A stretch of 64,000 nucleotides of DNA from Antedon mediterranea. Lineage: Eukaryota; Animalia; Echinodermata. Made by a program: the position numbers and the translations under genes. The stretch lies in contig NC_092678.1 of NCBI RefSeq assembly GCF_964355755.1, forward strand, positions 9,316,422 to 9,380,421. Direction: 5' to 3'. Shown here one piece after another: positions 35,754 through 46,532 of this stretch. Position 1 is the first letter of the stretch. Every line of letters begins with the position of its first letter. The notes beneath the pieces were generated by a model. The model did no database searches. It was given only the letters and a program-made list of their open reading frames with translations, and was not told the origin of the DNA.

Positions 35754-35941
35754 GGTAGGAAATATATACAGAAGTCTAGGTGTTGTCAGTTGCACGTGTG
35801 AAGCAACAGCCGATCGGCGCCTGTGAAAGCGTAGAGTATGTGATGATATGCTAGCTCGATTTGTTGGGCTAGGCCTACTAGATTGGGTAGGCTACTCACC
35901 AGTACTAGTCGAATAATGGTGGGTGGGCTCGTAATCGTATA

Positions 35942-35951
35942 GCTGCCACCA
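35942..35951 (-). promoter_or_regulatory. Putative 10-nt PBS (tRNA-Leu 3' end)
   Basis: Minus strand TGGTGGCAGC immediately after the 5' LTR. Confidence 0.7.
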
Positions 35952-36112
35952 CGCCAGTAAGGCAAAAGGCACACCACAATAAAGACGACCGGACACGTAA
36001 GACTCAAGTAGAATAAGATCTTTATTCGTCAAAACCAAATATCACAACAATAACATAACAACCAGCGGCCATGATATATGAGTCAACCCAGATAGGGGGC
36101 GCTAGACTGGCG
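35952..36112 (-). repeat. 5' LTR (161 bp)
   Basis: Exact repeat of 30668-30828; carries AATAAA on the minus strand. Confidence 0.95.
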
Positions 36113-37413
36113 CTGGACATTTACCCCCCGGAAAACTACCCCCCGGACAACCACCACCTGGACCACTACCCCCTTAGGACAACTACCCCTTTAGGACAAC
36201 TACCCCCCGGACAAATACCCCCGGACAACTGCCCCCTTAGGACAACAACCCCCTTAGGACAACTACCCCCTGGACAACTGCCCACCGGACAATTACCCCC
36301 TAGGAACAATTAACCCCCGGACAATTAACCCCCCCGGACAATTACCCCCCGGACAATTACCCCCTCCCCCCCGGGTAATTAACCCGCGGACAACTACCTC
36401 TGACACAATACTCCCCGTAGGACAACTACTTCCTGGACAATACTCCGAGGGCAAATAATCTTTTAGGACAACTACCTCCGTAGGACAACTAACCCCTGGA
36501 CAACTAGCCCCCGGACAATTACCCCCTAGGAACAATTACCCCTGACAATTACCCTCCGGAGAATTACCCCCCCCCCCCCGGGTAATTACCCCGCGGACAA
36601 CTACCTCTGACACAATACTCCCCGTAGGACAACTATACCTCCTACCTGGACAATACTCCGAGGGCAAATAATCTCTTAGGACAACTACCTCCGTAGGACA
36701 ACTAACCCCTGGACAACTACCACCCAGAAAACTATCCCTTTAGAACAACTACCCCCCGGACGGACAACTACCACCCAGACCATTCAACAACCTGACTCTG
36801 CAACAGTGTATAATAGGAATTAATAACTATATTTTAATTCGTTACTTTGACGAATTACTATTCATTATTGTAAACAAAAGTAAAAGATTGAACATAAATA
36901 TAGCCTGGTATAAACTGAAGATTGTCACACATGATCATAGGATAGTCGAACGTATTATATAGTACTCCCTGTATTTACTGTAAAGACTGGGTTTGCTAAT
37001 AATAATAATAATTTTTGCGTCAGGACAATGCTTCGATAACCACTGGTCTTAAAAGAATTAATTTTTGTCTCAAATTTTTCATATATGTGTTTTTGTACAC
37101 TTGAAGAATAATATCACTTTTGATATTTGACCTCAATGTTCACTCACCGAATAAACGGCGATCTTTAAATAAATTCCCCTCAAATAAACGGTGACCATGT
37201 CACTCCCATGAAACATCATATGGAATAATCGGCGTCTATTTCCATTAGATTATACCCCCTCCCATTTAATAAACAACTTTCTTCCAATAAATGTCCACCT
37301 AAAAACCACCTAAACAATAAACAGCCCAGGCCGTTTTTTCAATAAATACGGTACTTTAAATCTAGCACATCTAGGGTCTAGCGTGCTGTTAAACAGAATA
37401 ATCGGTTAAAAAC

Positions 37414-37838
37414 GGGTGTTTCAAACTAGAGACCCGAGACCAGAGACCCGAGACCCAATACGAAAAGGGAGACCCACGTACGAAAAGGGAGACCCCACTA
37501 TACGAAAAGGGAGACCCCACTATACGACGAAAAGGGAGACCCTAATATACGAAAAGGGAGACCTAAATATACGAAAAGGAAGACCCAATTATACGAAAAG
37601 GGAGACCCAAATATACAAAATGGGAGACCCAAATATACGAAAAGGGAGACCCACTATAAGAAAAGGGAGACCCCACTATAAGAAAAGGGAGACCCCACTA
37701 TACGAAAAGAGAGACCAAACTATACGAAAAGGGAGACCCTAATATACGAAAAGGGAGACCCAAATATATCTTTATACCCTTTTCGTATTGGGTCTCGTGT
37801 CAGGTCTCTGGTCTCGGGTCTCTAGTTTCGAAACACCC
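37414..37838. mobile_element. MULE-type MITE with 9-bp TSD and internal ~22-23-bp minisatellite
   Basis: TIR GGGTGTTTC(G)AAACTAGAGACCCGAGACCAGAGACC; GTTAAAAAC on both flanks; tandem TATACGAAAAGGGAGACCC units. Confidence 0.92.
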
Positions 37839-38974
37839 GTTAAAAACAGATGATTTCATTTTTACAGAAACCGGTCATATATATTTGTCTACTTTTGGAT
37901 TGGGGGGGGGGGGGGAGGGGTAGTTGACCGGGGGGTAGATCCTAAGGGGGTAGTTGTCTAAGGGGGTGGTTGTCCGGGGGATAGTTGTCCGGGGGGTTGT
38001 TATCCTAAAGGGGTAGTTGTCCTAAGGGGGTAGTTGTCCGGGTGGTAAACATCCGGGGGGTAACTGTCTAGGGGGTATGTGTCCTAGACCCTGCAACTTT
38101 TCCGAACCAGTGACTTACGGAGAAAATTAACTTTATCATCTGATTTTTCTCCAAATGAAATCGATTGGCTAACAAAATATACTTATTAGGAGACTTGTTT
38201 ACCAAATTAGAAAAATTATAATATTTGAATATTCAAGATATTATTCTAATTATAACTTCTGTTTTTTTTCAAGTTTTTTTCGCGTGAAGCTTCGTCAAGT
38301 TTTGTAACGTATGAGGGCGCTACACAACTCAATCGAACAAAATAGATGAAAAACGTTCGATTAACAGAATTATCGCGAAGTGGCTTTCCCACTGGTTAGG
38401 GATATTTTGGTTCACTTTTACTGAAGTATTTTGGAAAAAAAATGACCGGAAGTACCAGTTTTAACATTTGACCCATATTTTAAGGAATTGCCATATCTCA
38501 GTAAATAGTTGTCAGAGACAGTTGATTTTGGTGTGAAATTGTTCAGAATATATATGTTACTATTTTAGTTTAATGAAAAATTTCATCCAAAAATGCCAGG
38601 GAGTACGCAGTTTTGCCTTTGACCTTTAAGATGATTACTGTCTATGGTCGATTTCTTCTTTTTTTAAAATTTGAAAATCTTTGAGAACCACAAAGCTAGA
38701 CGGACCAAGGATTACTTAGGTCTGGAGGACAGACATCTTCAGTCCCTTGATAAATCCCCTTCAGTCGTGGTTCGTGCTATGGCAATATTAGTATGAAGCA
38801 TTCCTCAGTTTTAAGGCACTTTTTAAGAGAAATGTAACAACATGAAATTGTTATGCAACAGCAAACACTAACTTTCCAAAAAGAAACTGGGAATGGATTT
38901 CATCAGTACACATTATTATTATTATTATTATTATTGTTGTTTAACATGTTTTAGACCATTTCGATAAAACTCAA

Positions 38975-39170
38975 CGTTCTCTGGTCCTCAAGCTTAACTG
39001 GAAACGAAACTCCGATTAGGCCCTCCGCGGACCCACGGCAGCCATCAGTACAGCGCCTACCAGATCAGAACACCAGGAAATGATCCCCTACTCTTTGTAA
39101 AAATTGAACAACAAGTTCTTTAACGTGCACTCTACTGTATGTACACAGGACCAACGGCTTTATATCCCAT
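38975..39170 (-). mobile_element. 5'-truncated SINE sharing the central core of the adjacent SINE
   Basis: Core CCCCTACTC...GTTCTTTAACGTGCAC...GGACCAACGGCTTTAT parallels 39278-39350. Confidence 0.6.
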
Positions 39171-39474
39171 TGATTGAAATTTATATTTATACTGGGTAAC
39201 CTCTTCAGTCAAAGACTGGTCTCCCAGAGGGCCCAGTTGGTGATCAGTGGCTGTGATGTACTAATACACCGGGGTAACCCCCTACTCGTTGATGTACTAG
39301 GTTCTTTAAAGTGCACACGAGCTAGATGTGTACACTGGACCTACGGTTTATAGTCCTTATCCGAGAAGACTCGTTCTACCACCAGAACCATGGAGTGAGT
39401 GAGCCTCGAACCCCTGCCGATGTTATTGCTACGTAATTACGGTTCACTGTCTTAACCGCTCGGCCACTCACTCA
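39171..39474 (-). mobile_element. Full-length tRNA-derived SINE (MetaSINE-like core, family by recollection)
   Basis: Minus strand: A box TGGCCGAGCGG, B box GGTTCGAG, acceptor-like stem GAGTGAGTG/CACTCACTC, core ATAAACCGTAGGTCC...GCACTTTAAAGAACC, short repeat tail. Confidence 0.8.
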
Positions 39475-40679
39475 CACCATCTCACTTTCAAAATCGATAT
39501 CTCGTTTTTTAATACCATGGGTTGGAATGTCTATGATCAACTTAGAACTACTAACCAAGAAAACCATAATTTTCACATCAGGTTTATAACCACACATCAC
39601 AATACTTTTATGACATGCGAGTGTGTAACTTAGTTGAGTTTTTGTATCCGAAAATAATATCATTCATTCATCTTTTATTTCAGAATATCATGGTGACATA
39701 ATATATCCATAGCAAAAGAGAGAAAAAAAATCTTAATCTAAGAGCTCATAGAACAAAAACAAAAATATATAAATATATAAAGTCAATGCAACAAGGCATT
39801 CCATTGTATGTGCATTCTTGACACATTAAGAATGTGGCGATTAATGGCCATGATCAAAGAATTACTACTTGCGTTCACACGATTTTTAAAACTCTAATGA
39901 ACTCAACAAAGCATGGGACGTCATTTAAGATAGACATCATGCTTGCACTACAATTTCTAGGCTGCTTCAGCAGCAAACGTAAGGCATTGTTATAACATAC
40001 TCTCAGAGTGCTCTTATTATATCTACACCATAAGGTTGAACATTATTGTATTGTTATAGTAATCTATTAATGAGGCCATAGGCATTTTGCCACCCGCAGC
40101 CTGTTGCCAGTACATCAAAAATGCACAAATTACCAATGGTTGGGCCTGTGGCAAAGCGAATTTTGTTAACTGACACCCCTGGCTGGATATTGTACTCTTG
40201 CACGTAAAAATATCTAGTTGGTCGGAAATGACACTATAATAATAGCGCGCTCGCAATCGGCAAAACGATCGTAGCCAGCTATTTTTTCCGCCGGTAAACA
40301 CATTTGCGTTCTTTCTATTATTCTAATGTTTATTGTAGAAGTTCGCAGTTGTTCAGTCAAGTTACACACTCCTTTGCAAACTACAGAAAAATAGCGTCGT
40401 AGAACCAGTTGGTAGGTTATTAAATCCACGTCCTAAAAGGAGATTCCCACCTGTATATTAATAACGAACTATGCATCAAAAGCGTTCATTGCCCCGTCGC
40501 TAGGCTACGGACTCGCCGCACGTAAACACAGGGAAAACTGTAGTTGTAAAATGTAATCCTTTTTGTAGATTCTACAAAACTGAGAACATTTCACATATAG
40601 ATAAGTGTATAATTGATAAGAAGTTTCAGTATCGCGACCCATCCATTTTTTTTCGCGACCCAAACATAGGTTGCGGAAT

Positions 40680-41800
40680 GGCGTTTTAGACCATCGTTAG
40701 TATTTCGACAAATGTTCATACAAAGCATTAAAGTGCACAGAATCGCTCAAAATCGCATTTTGGAACATTTTAGACCACTTCGAGCATTTCGATTAAACTT
40801 TTTCACTCAAAAACATCAAGAGCAAAAAGTCTTCAAATCGCAATTGGAGACGTTTTAAACCATTTTTGGTCATTTCGACAAAACTTTTTCACACAATAAC
40901 ATCAAAGTGCACAAAATAGCTTAAAATCGCATTTGAACATGTTTTAGACCATCTTTAGTATTTCGACAAAAACTTTTTCACATATAAACACCAAAGTACT
41001 TTGAATAGCCTCAGACATTTTAGACCATTTTGTGCATTTCGATGAAACTTGGTCACACAAAACATCGAAGTGCTTAGAATAGCTTCAAATTGCATTTGGA
41101 GACGTTTAGACCATTTTTTTTGCATTTCGGTGAAACTTTTGAAACACAAAATCATTAAAGTGCACAAAATAGCTTAAAAACGCATTTAGAAACGTTTTTA
41201 ACCACTTTGATCATTTCGCCAAAACTATTTCACACAAAAGTACAGAATAGCTTAATATCGTATTTGGAAACGTTTTAGACCATTTTGAGCATTTCGATAA
41301 AACTTTTTCACACAAAATCTTCAAAGTGCATAAAATAGCTTAAAAGCGCATTTGAATATTATGGTTTAGATCATCTTTAGTATCTCGACAAAAATTGTTC
41401 ACACAAAAACATCAAAGTGCACAGAATCGCTTAAAATCGCATTTTGAAACGTTTTAGACCATTTCGAGCATTTCGATCAAACTTTTTCAAACGAAACATC
41501 AAAGTGCTTAGAATAGCCTCAAATCGCATTTGGAGACGTTTTAGATCATTTTGTGCATTTCGATGAAACATACAAAAACAACAAAGTGCTTAAAATCACA
41601 CTTGAAACCGTTTTAGACAATTTTGAGCATTTCGAAAAAATCTTTTCGACACAAAAACAATAAAGTGCACAGAATAGCTTAAAATCGCATTTGGAAACGT
41701 TTTAGACCATTTTTGAGCATTTCGTTCAAACTTTTTCACGCAAAAACATTAAAGAGTAAAAACGTCTTCAACTCGCATTGGAGACGTTTTTAACCATTTT
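40680..41800. repeat. ~88-bp tandem satellite, ~13 diverged units
   Basis: Same unit as 17970-18487. Confidence 0.9.
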
Positions 41801-42189
41801 GATGCGGCACTCGATTTTAGAAAACTTAAACTGTAACTGGAATTGGAGCGTGAAAAATGCCAAGCCGACTATGAGCGGTGGAATGCTGAGATATGGATAA
41901 AAGAGGAGGGTGCTAAGCTACGGTGCAGTAAAGACGTGTATACTTGTAGCTCCTGAAATTTACACACAAACCATCACATTTTTTTAGCGCTCCGTTCAAA
42001 AACAACTAATTCAGTGTCGTATATACATAATTTTTACACTGAAAGTAAAACTCTCCTTTGAGAAATCGAAAGCTGAAAAGGAAAAAAAATAACCTATCAT
42101 CTGAGGTCCACCCCTAGCCAAGACAGTTAAGGGTCAGATTCGGAGCTGAAAAAATCTGGGTGCGGCTCAACTAAACCAGAAACTCAGCC

Positions 42190-42870
42190 GTCAAATGCGA
42201 TACTCTCTTCAAAACTTGACTTAACACTCAACAAACTGGAGTCGATGGATCAACGAGTCAATAAGCTAGAGGGTAAGGTGACCAAAATTGAGGAAAAGGC
42301 GAAAAAAACCACAGGAGCAATCACAGAGATAACACGATCGCTAGAATTCATGGAAAAATCAGTGGAGGACAATAAAAACAAATGTAAAGTCAGTTAATGA
42401 AACTTAATAGATACTATTACCTATCTAGAAATGAAAGTAGACGATCTCGAAAATAGATCGAGGAGGAATAATATAATCATTCATAACGTACCTGAAGATT
42501 ACGAGAAGGGAGGCAATTTATCGTGCAAGGAATTTGTAGAATTGTTATCACTTCGCACATGAAATTAGAGAATGGGGACGACATAGAAGTGGAACGAGCC
42601 AACAGAACTCCCGCAAGGCGCTCATCATCGCGGAGACCAAGACCAATTCACTGTAAACTGTTGAGATACGTGGAAAGGCAATTTGTTCTAAGCTAAGCAG
42701 TGAAAACAGGGCAATCCACTAAACAATAAAACTATTTATATAAGCGATGACGTATCTCATAAGGCAAGACTTCTAAGACAAACACTAAAAGAAAAACATT
42801 AGGCAAAGATCGGACGTAAAGTTTGCCTTTATCCCTTTTAGTGTACCAACAGTAATCAAGTACAAGACAT
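42190..42870 (+). pseudogene. L1 ORF1p remnant (coiled coil + RRM)
   Basis: VDDLENRSRRNNIIIHNVPE, IEVERANR, RPRPIHCKLLRY, broken by frameshifts. Confidence 0.8.
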
Positions 42871-43972
42871 GACTTTTTAAAATTATATGTTAGATAAACA
42901 ATAATTTAAAACAGGAGAAACAAGTAATTTTGCTAAGCCCTATAAAACAATAATTGTATTGCACTAGTCTGACATTATATGACTTTGCAAATGTATGTTA
43001 AATTTTGTATGTTTGTTTTTTTATTTCTGCTATAAGGTAGTAATAGTAAAACAGTCATTTTTCATAGCAATACAGGTAGCCATTTAAACAGTACAGTAAA
43101 GCAGTGGCAAGCTCAACGTTTACCATATTTTGTACATGCTAAATAACCAAACAATAGAAACCAATAGAACGATGCTCATGAACAATGCTGTACATGCCAA
43201 CATACCATACTCAATGAGTTGTATGGCTAACGTCACTACGAATACGATGGTTCGCAACCAACGTATCTTTGAAACAGGGATATTCATTATTGCTTAAAAA
43301 ATGTATGTAGTATGTTTATTATTATTGATTATTAACTGTAAATTACTGTAATGATTTGTTATAAGCTAAGACGATTACATAGTAAACGATGGCAAAAACA
43401 CACCATATTTGGATAATATTGCTAATTATCAATCAACCAATAGGAACCAATAAAATAGCGTTCATGAATAACAATACTCTTGCCTACATAATGCCGGTAC
43501 GTCGTGCAGGGCAGGCATTTGCCGAATACACCATGGGTATTTTGGTTAATAACTATACTAAATAAAAGTTCATCATATTTCAAATTCCACACCAAAACAG
43601 GTTATTATCTACCTTCTTAATTATAATTACATGACGCTCACGTGTGAAGTACCGGAAATATGTAGGCTAGGCATAGTATGTTTATTTTTTCTCTTATTAT
43701 GGAACAATGCTTACTCGTGGGAGCTGTTGTTTAGCGGTAAAAGGACGAGCAATGTAGGCCTGGCTACCTTTTTTCCTTTTTTTTTTAAACCATACTATGT
43801 TTTTGCACTTTTATATGTGTATGTTATTACTACCTTTTTAATGTATGAATTGTATATAATTATATATTGTATTCATATTGGCCATGAGTATTAACCCTAA
43901 AGCAATACGCTGTTATAGTATTGATCATAAAGAAAGTAAACCAAAAATAATATTTAACAACCATATGTCACT

Positions 43973-46001
43973 ATGGCAAATGTAGAAATATGTAGTTTGA
44001 ATGTAAGGAACTCGTTTAAGCGTCGGACGGTTTTTAATTGGTTACATGATCATTCTTTTTCCATTTATTTTCTACAAGAAACACACTGCACAAGCGAATT
44101 GGAAAAGCATGGCGAAAATAATGGGGGCACAACATATTATTCAGTAATGGCACATCCAATTCTGCCGGAGTATGTGTACTTTTTAAACCGAATGCTACAT
44201 ACAAATTTGATAATGTTTATCGGGATGACAATGGTAGAATAATCATTGCAAACATGTCAATTAAGGAAAAATCATTTACCATTTGCAAACATTTACGGAC
44301 CCAATAATAATAATGGCAGTAACTTTTTCGAACTTTTATGTGACAAAATTGAGGAATTCGGAAAAAAACCTATTATCATTGGAGGTGATTTTAATACACT
44401 TTTGAATTCGTCTGTCGATAAAAAACATGGCAAGGGACAAACCCATCCAAAATGCACCAAGCTAATTAATAAAGTTATAGACAAATTAGATTTAATTGAT
44501 ATTTAATTAATTATTTACATGGCACTCAAATCACTCCCCACCAATATTTTGTAGAATTGACTATTTTCTTATTTCATACTCTCTATGGGCACACGTAAAC
44601 GACACTGCAATTATATCAGGCTTTAAAACTGACCATTCATTAATATCACTTTCAATAAATGGATTAATACAGAAAAGAGGCCCTGGTTTTTGGAAGCTAA
44701 ACACTAGTTTATTATAGGATCCTAACTACGTAAAAGGATATTATAGAAACAATAAAAACCACCAAGATAGAATGTGCAGAAAATAACCCTAACACTATTT
44801 GGGAAATGACAAAATGTAACCTAAGAAGAACAACAATCAAATTTGCTAGTAAACAAAATAAAATGAAAAAAAAATAACATTAAACAATTACAAAATGAAA
44901 TACAAATTTTAGAAGAGCAATTTTGCGATACAAATGATCAAACACTAAACGAACAAATTAAATTTAAAAAAAAATGAACTTGAACAACTTTATGAATTTA
45001 AAACACGTGGTTCTATGATTATATCAAGAGCCAAATATGTGGAGGAAGGTGAAAAAAATACGAAATACTTCCTAAATTTAGAACGTGGAAATTATAATTT
45101 AAAAAAAAATTACAAAACTTATTACTGAGAACGGTGAAATTACCGATCCAAAACTATTGGAAAATAAACTTCATATTAAATGAAGAAAATTTTTTTACAA
45201 AGCATTGTACAATTCTGAAGAAAATAACGACCTACAACACGCCTTTCTTAAACAAAGATAAAACAAAATGTGAACTCCCATTCTCCGGAAAAGATTATTT
45301 TGAGGCCCTAAATGAAATGGATAACAATAAAACACCAGGAACCGATGGTCTCTCAGCTGAATTTTACAAATGTTTTTGGACTGAAATTAGCCAAACCCTA
45401 ACAAATTCATTCAAATACTCCTTTCAAAGAGGAAGTCTTTCTATTTCACAAAGGCGTGGGGTAATATCATTGATTCTCAAAAAAGACAAATCGTCAATGT
45501 TGTTAAACAAGGCCAACAGCCATAAGTCGCGTGATAAAACGCATAGTGATACCGGACCGACAGACCGACCGACCGACATACCGACATAGTGAGCTATAGA
45601 GTCGCGTCCACGCGACTAAAAACTGGCGTCCCATCTCATTACTGAACGTCGATTATAAGATCATTTCCAAGACCATTGCGACACGACTAAAAGGATTATT
45701 ACCATCTGTGATTAGCCCTGATAAAACTGGATTCCTTAAGGGACGATACATTGGCGAGAATATAAAACTGCTCTTTGACATTATTGAACATGCACAAAGA
45801 AATAATCTTCCGACGAATATACTTTTTTTCGTAGATTTTGAAAAAGCATTCGATAAAATAAGATGGGACTTTGTTTACTATGCACTGGAACAATTTGGAT
45901 TTGAAAATAATTGTATAAATTGGATAAAACTTCTCTATAATGATATTTTTAGTTGTGTTATTAATAACGGATTTTCTTCTGAATTTTTTAGTCTTAGTCG
46001 T
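43973..46001 (+). pseudogene. L1/Tx1 ORF2 5' part: endonuclease and RT N-terminus
   Basis: SLNVR, LQETH, NIYGPN, GGDFN, RIDY, TDH, KTPGTDG, NWRPISLLNVDYK, VDFEKAFD. Confidence 0.88.
45506..45618 (-). mobile_element. Minimal HINE/DINE-1-like element (~112 bp) inserted in the L1 RT
   Basis: Minus strand: AGTCGCGT/ACGCGACT hairpin, (GTCG)n microsatellite, second ACGCGACT, small stem-loop, CTTGTT end; inserted in an A/T run. Confidence 0.75.
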
Positions 46002-46476
46002 TGTTATGTATGTGCATCGCACCTTGATACCTTGATATGTAAATTAGGCTAGTCACGATTTGTTGTAGTCACTGTTCATTGTATGAGAGCGGTGCACTAT
46101 AGGCGATACGTTGTATTAACGTTGTTGTACACCTTCAATGCTCCGTGTGGAGACATAATCATAGATAAGTGAGCCCTAGTATCAGGTATTTACATTATAT
46201 AATTTGTATTTATTATTTACTGATGAATTAGTTAGGTTTGATAGACATAATGATGATAGTATGCCCATGTTAACGGCGAATTATGTGTGATAAGCCGTAG
46301 TATACATCAGGTACGTGCTTAATGGCGCCGTTTCAATTCTTTCTCTGTTTGTTTTGTTTTAGTTTACCGGATGATCGGATGAGTAGAAATAAAGTGAGCA
46401 AGTATAGCTCAAGAAAGAGAAGCTATTCTTCTGTGGTTTTGTCCGCGTTTAAACTGCGGGGGTTCCATGCAGAACA
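46002..46476 (+). repeat. BEL/Pao 5' LTR
   Basis: Direct repeat of 53109-53583. Confidence 0.95.
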
Positions 46477-46532
46477 GTAAACTGATATTACTGCGGTTTA
46501 ACAAGGCATCGTAGTACTGTGCTTGTTCCGCC

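Larger units (their letters stand above)
30668..36112 (-). mobile_element. Atypical LTR retrotransposon with CG...CG termini and 3-bp TSD (Gypsy-like domain order; Troyka-like)
   Basis: Identical 161-bp LTRs (30668-30828, 35952-36112) bounded by CGCCAGT...ACTGGCG; CTG on both flanks; PBS, PPT and gag-PR-RT-RH-IN on the minus strand. Confidence 0.93.
30646..38091. mobile_element. MULE-like MITE with C-rich/G-rich sub-terminal minisatellites, hosting the LTR element and a second MITE
   Basis: Left arm of (GGACAACTACCCCCC)-like repeats at 30646-30667 and 36113-36790; inverted G-rich arm 37900-38091 ending CCTAGACCC. No TSD identified. Confidence 0.6.

Noticed and set aside
30666-36114. Alternative TG...CA boundary for the 161-bp LTRs (a TG precedes the left LTR)
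   Set aside because: That TG is not repeated at the other LTR and the far end reads CT, not CA; it belongs to the CTG target duplication.
36071-37742. Pro/Gly-rich and RKGRP-repeat ORFs
   Set aside because: They are translations of MITE minisatellites.
39395-39474. tRNA gene
   Set aside because: A/B boxes are present but the cloverleaf is irregular and the sequence continues into a SINE core and tail.
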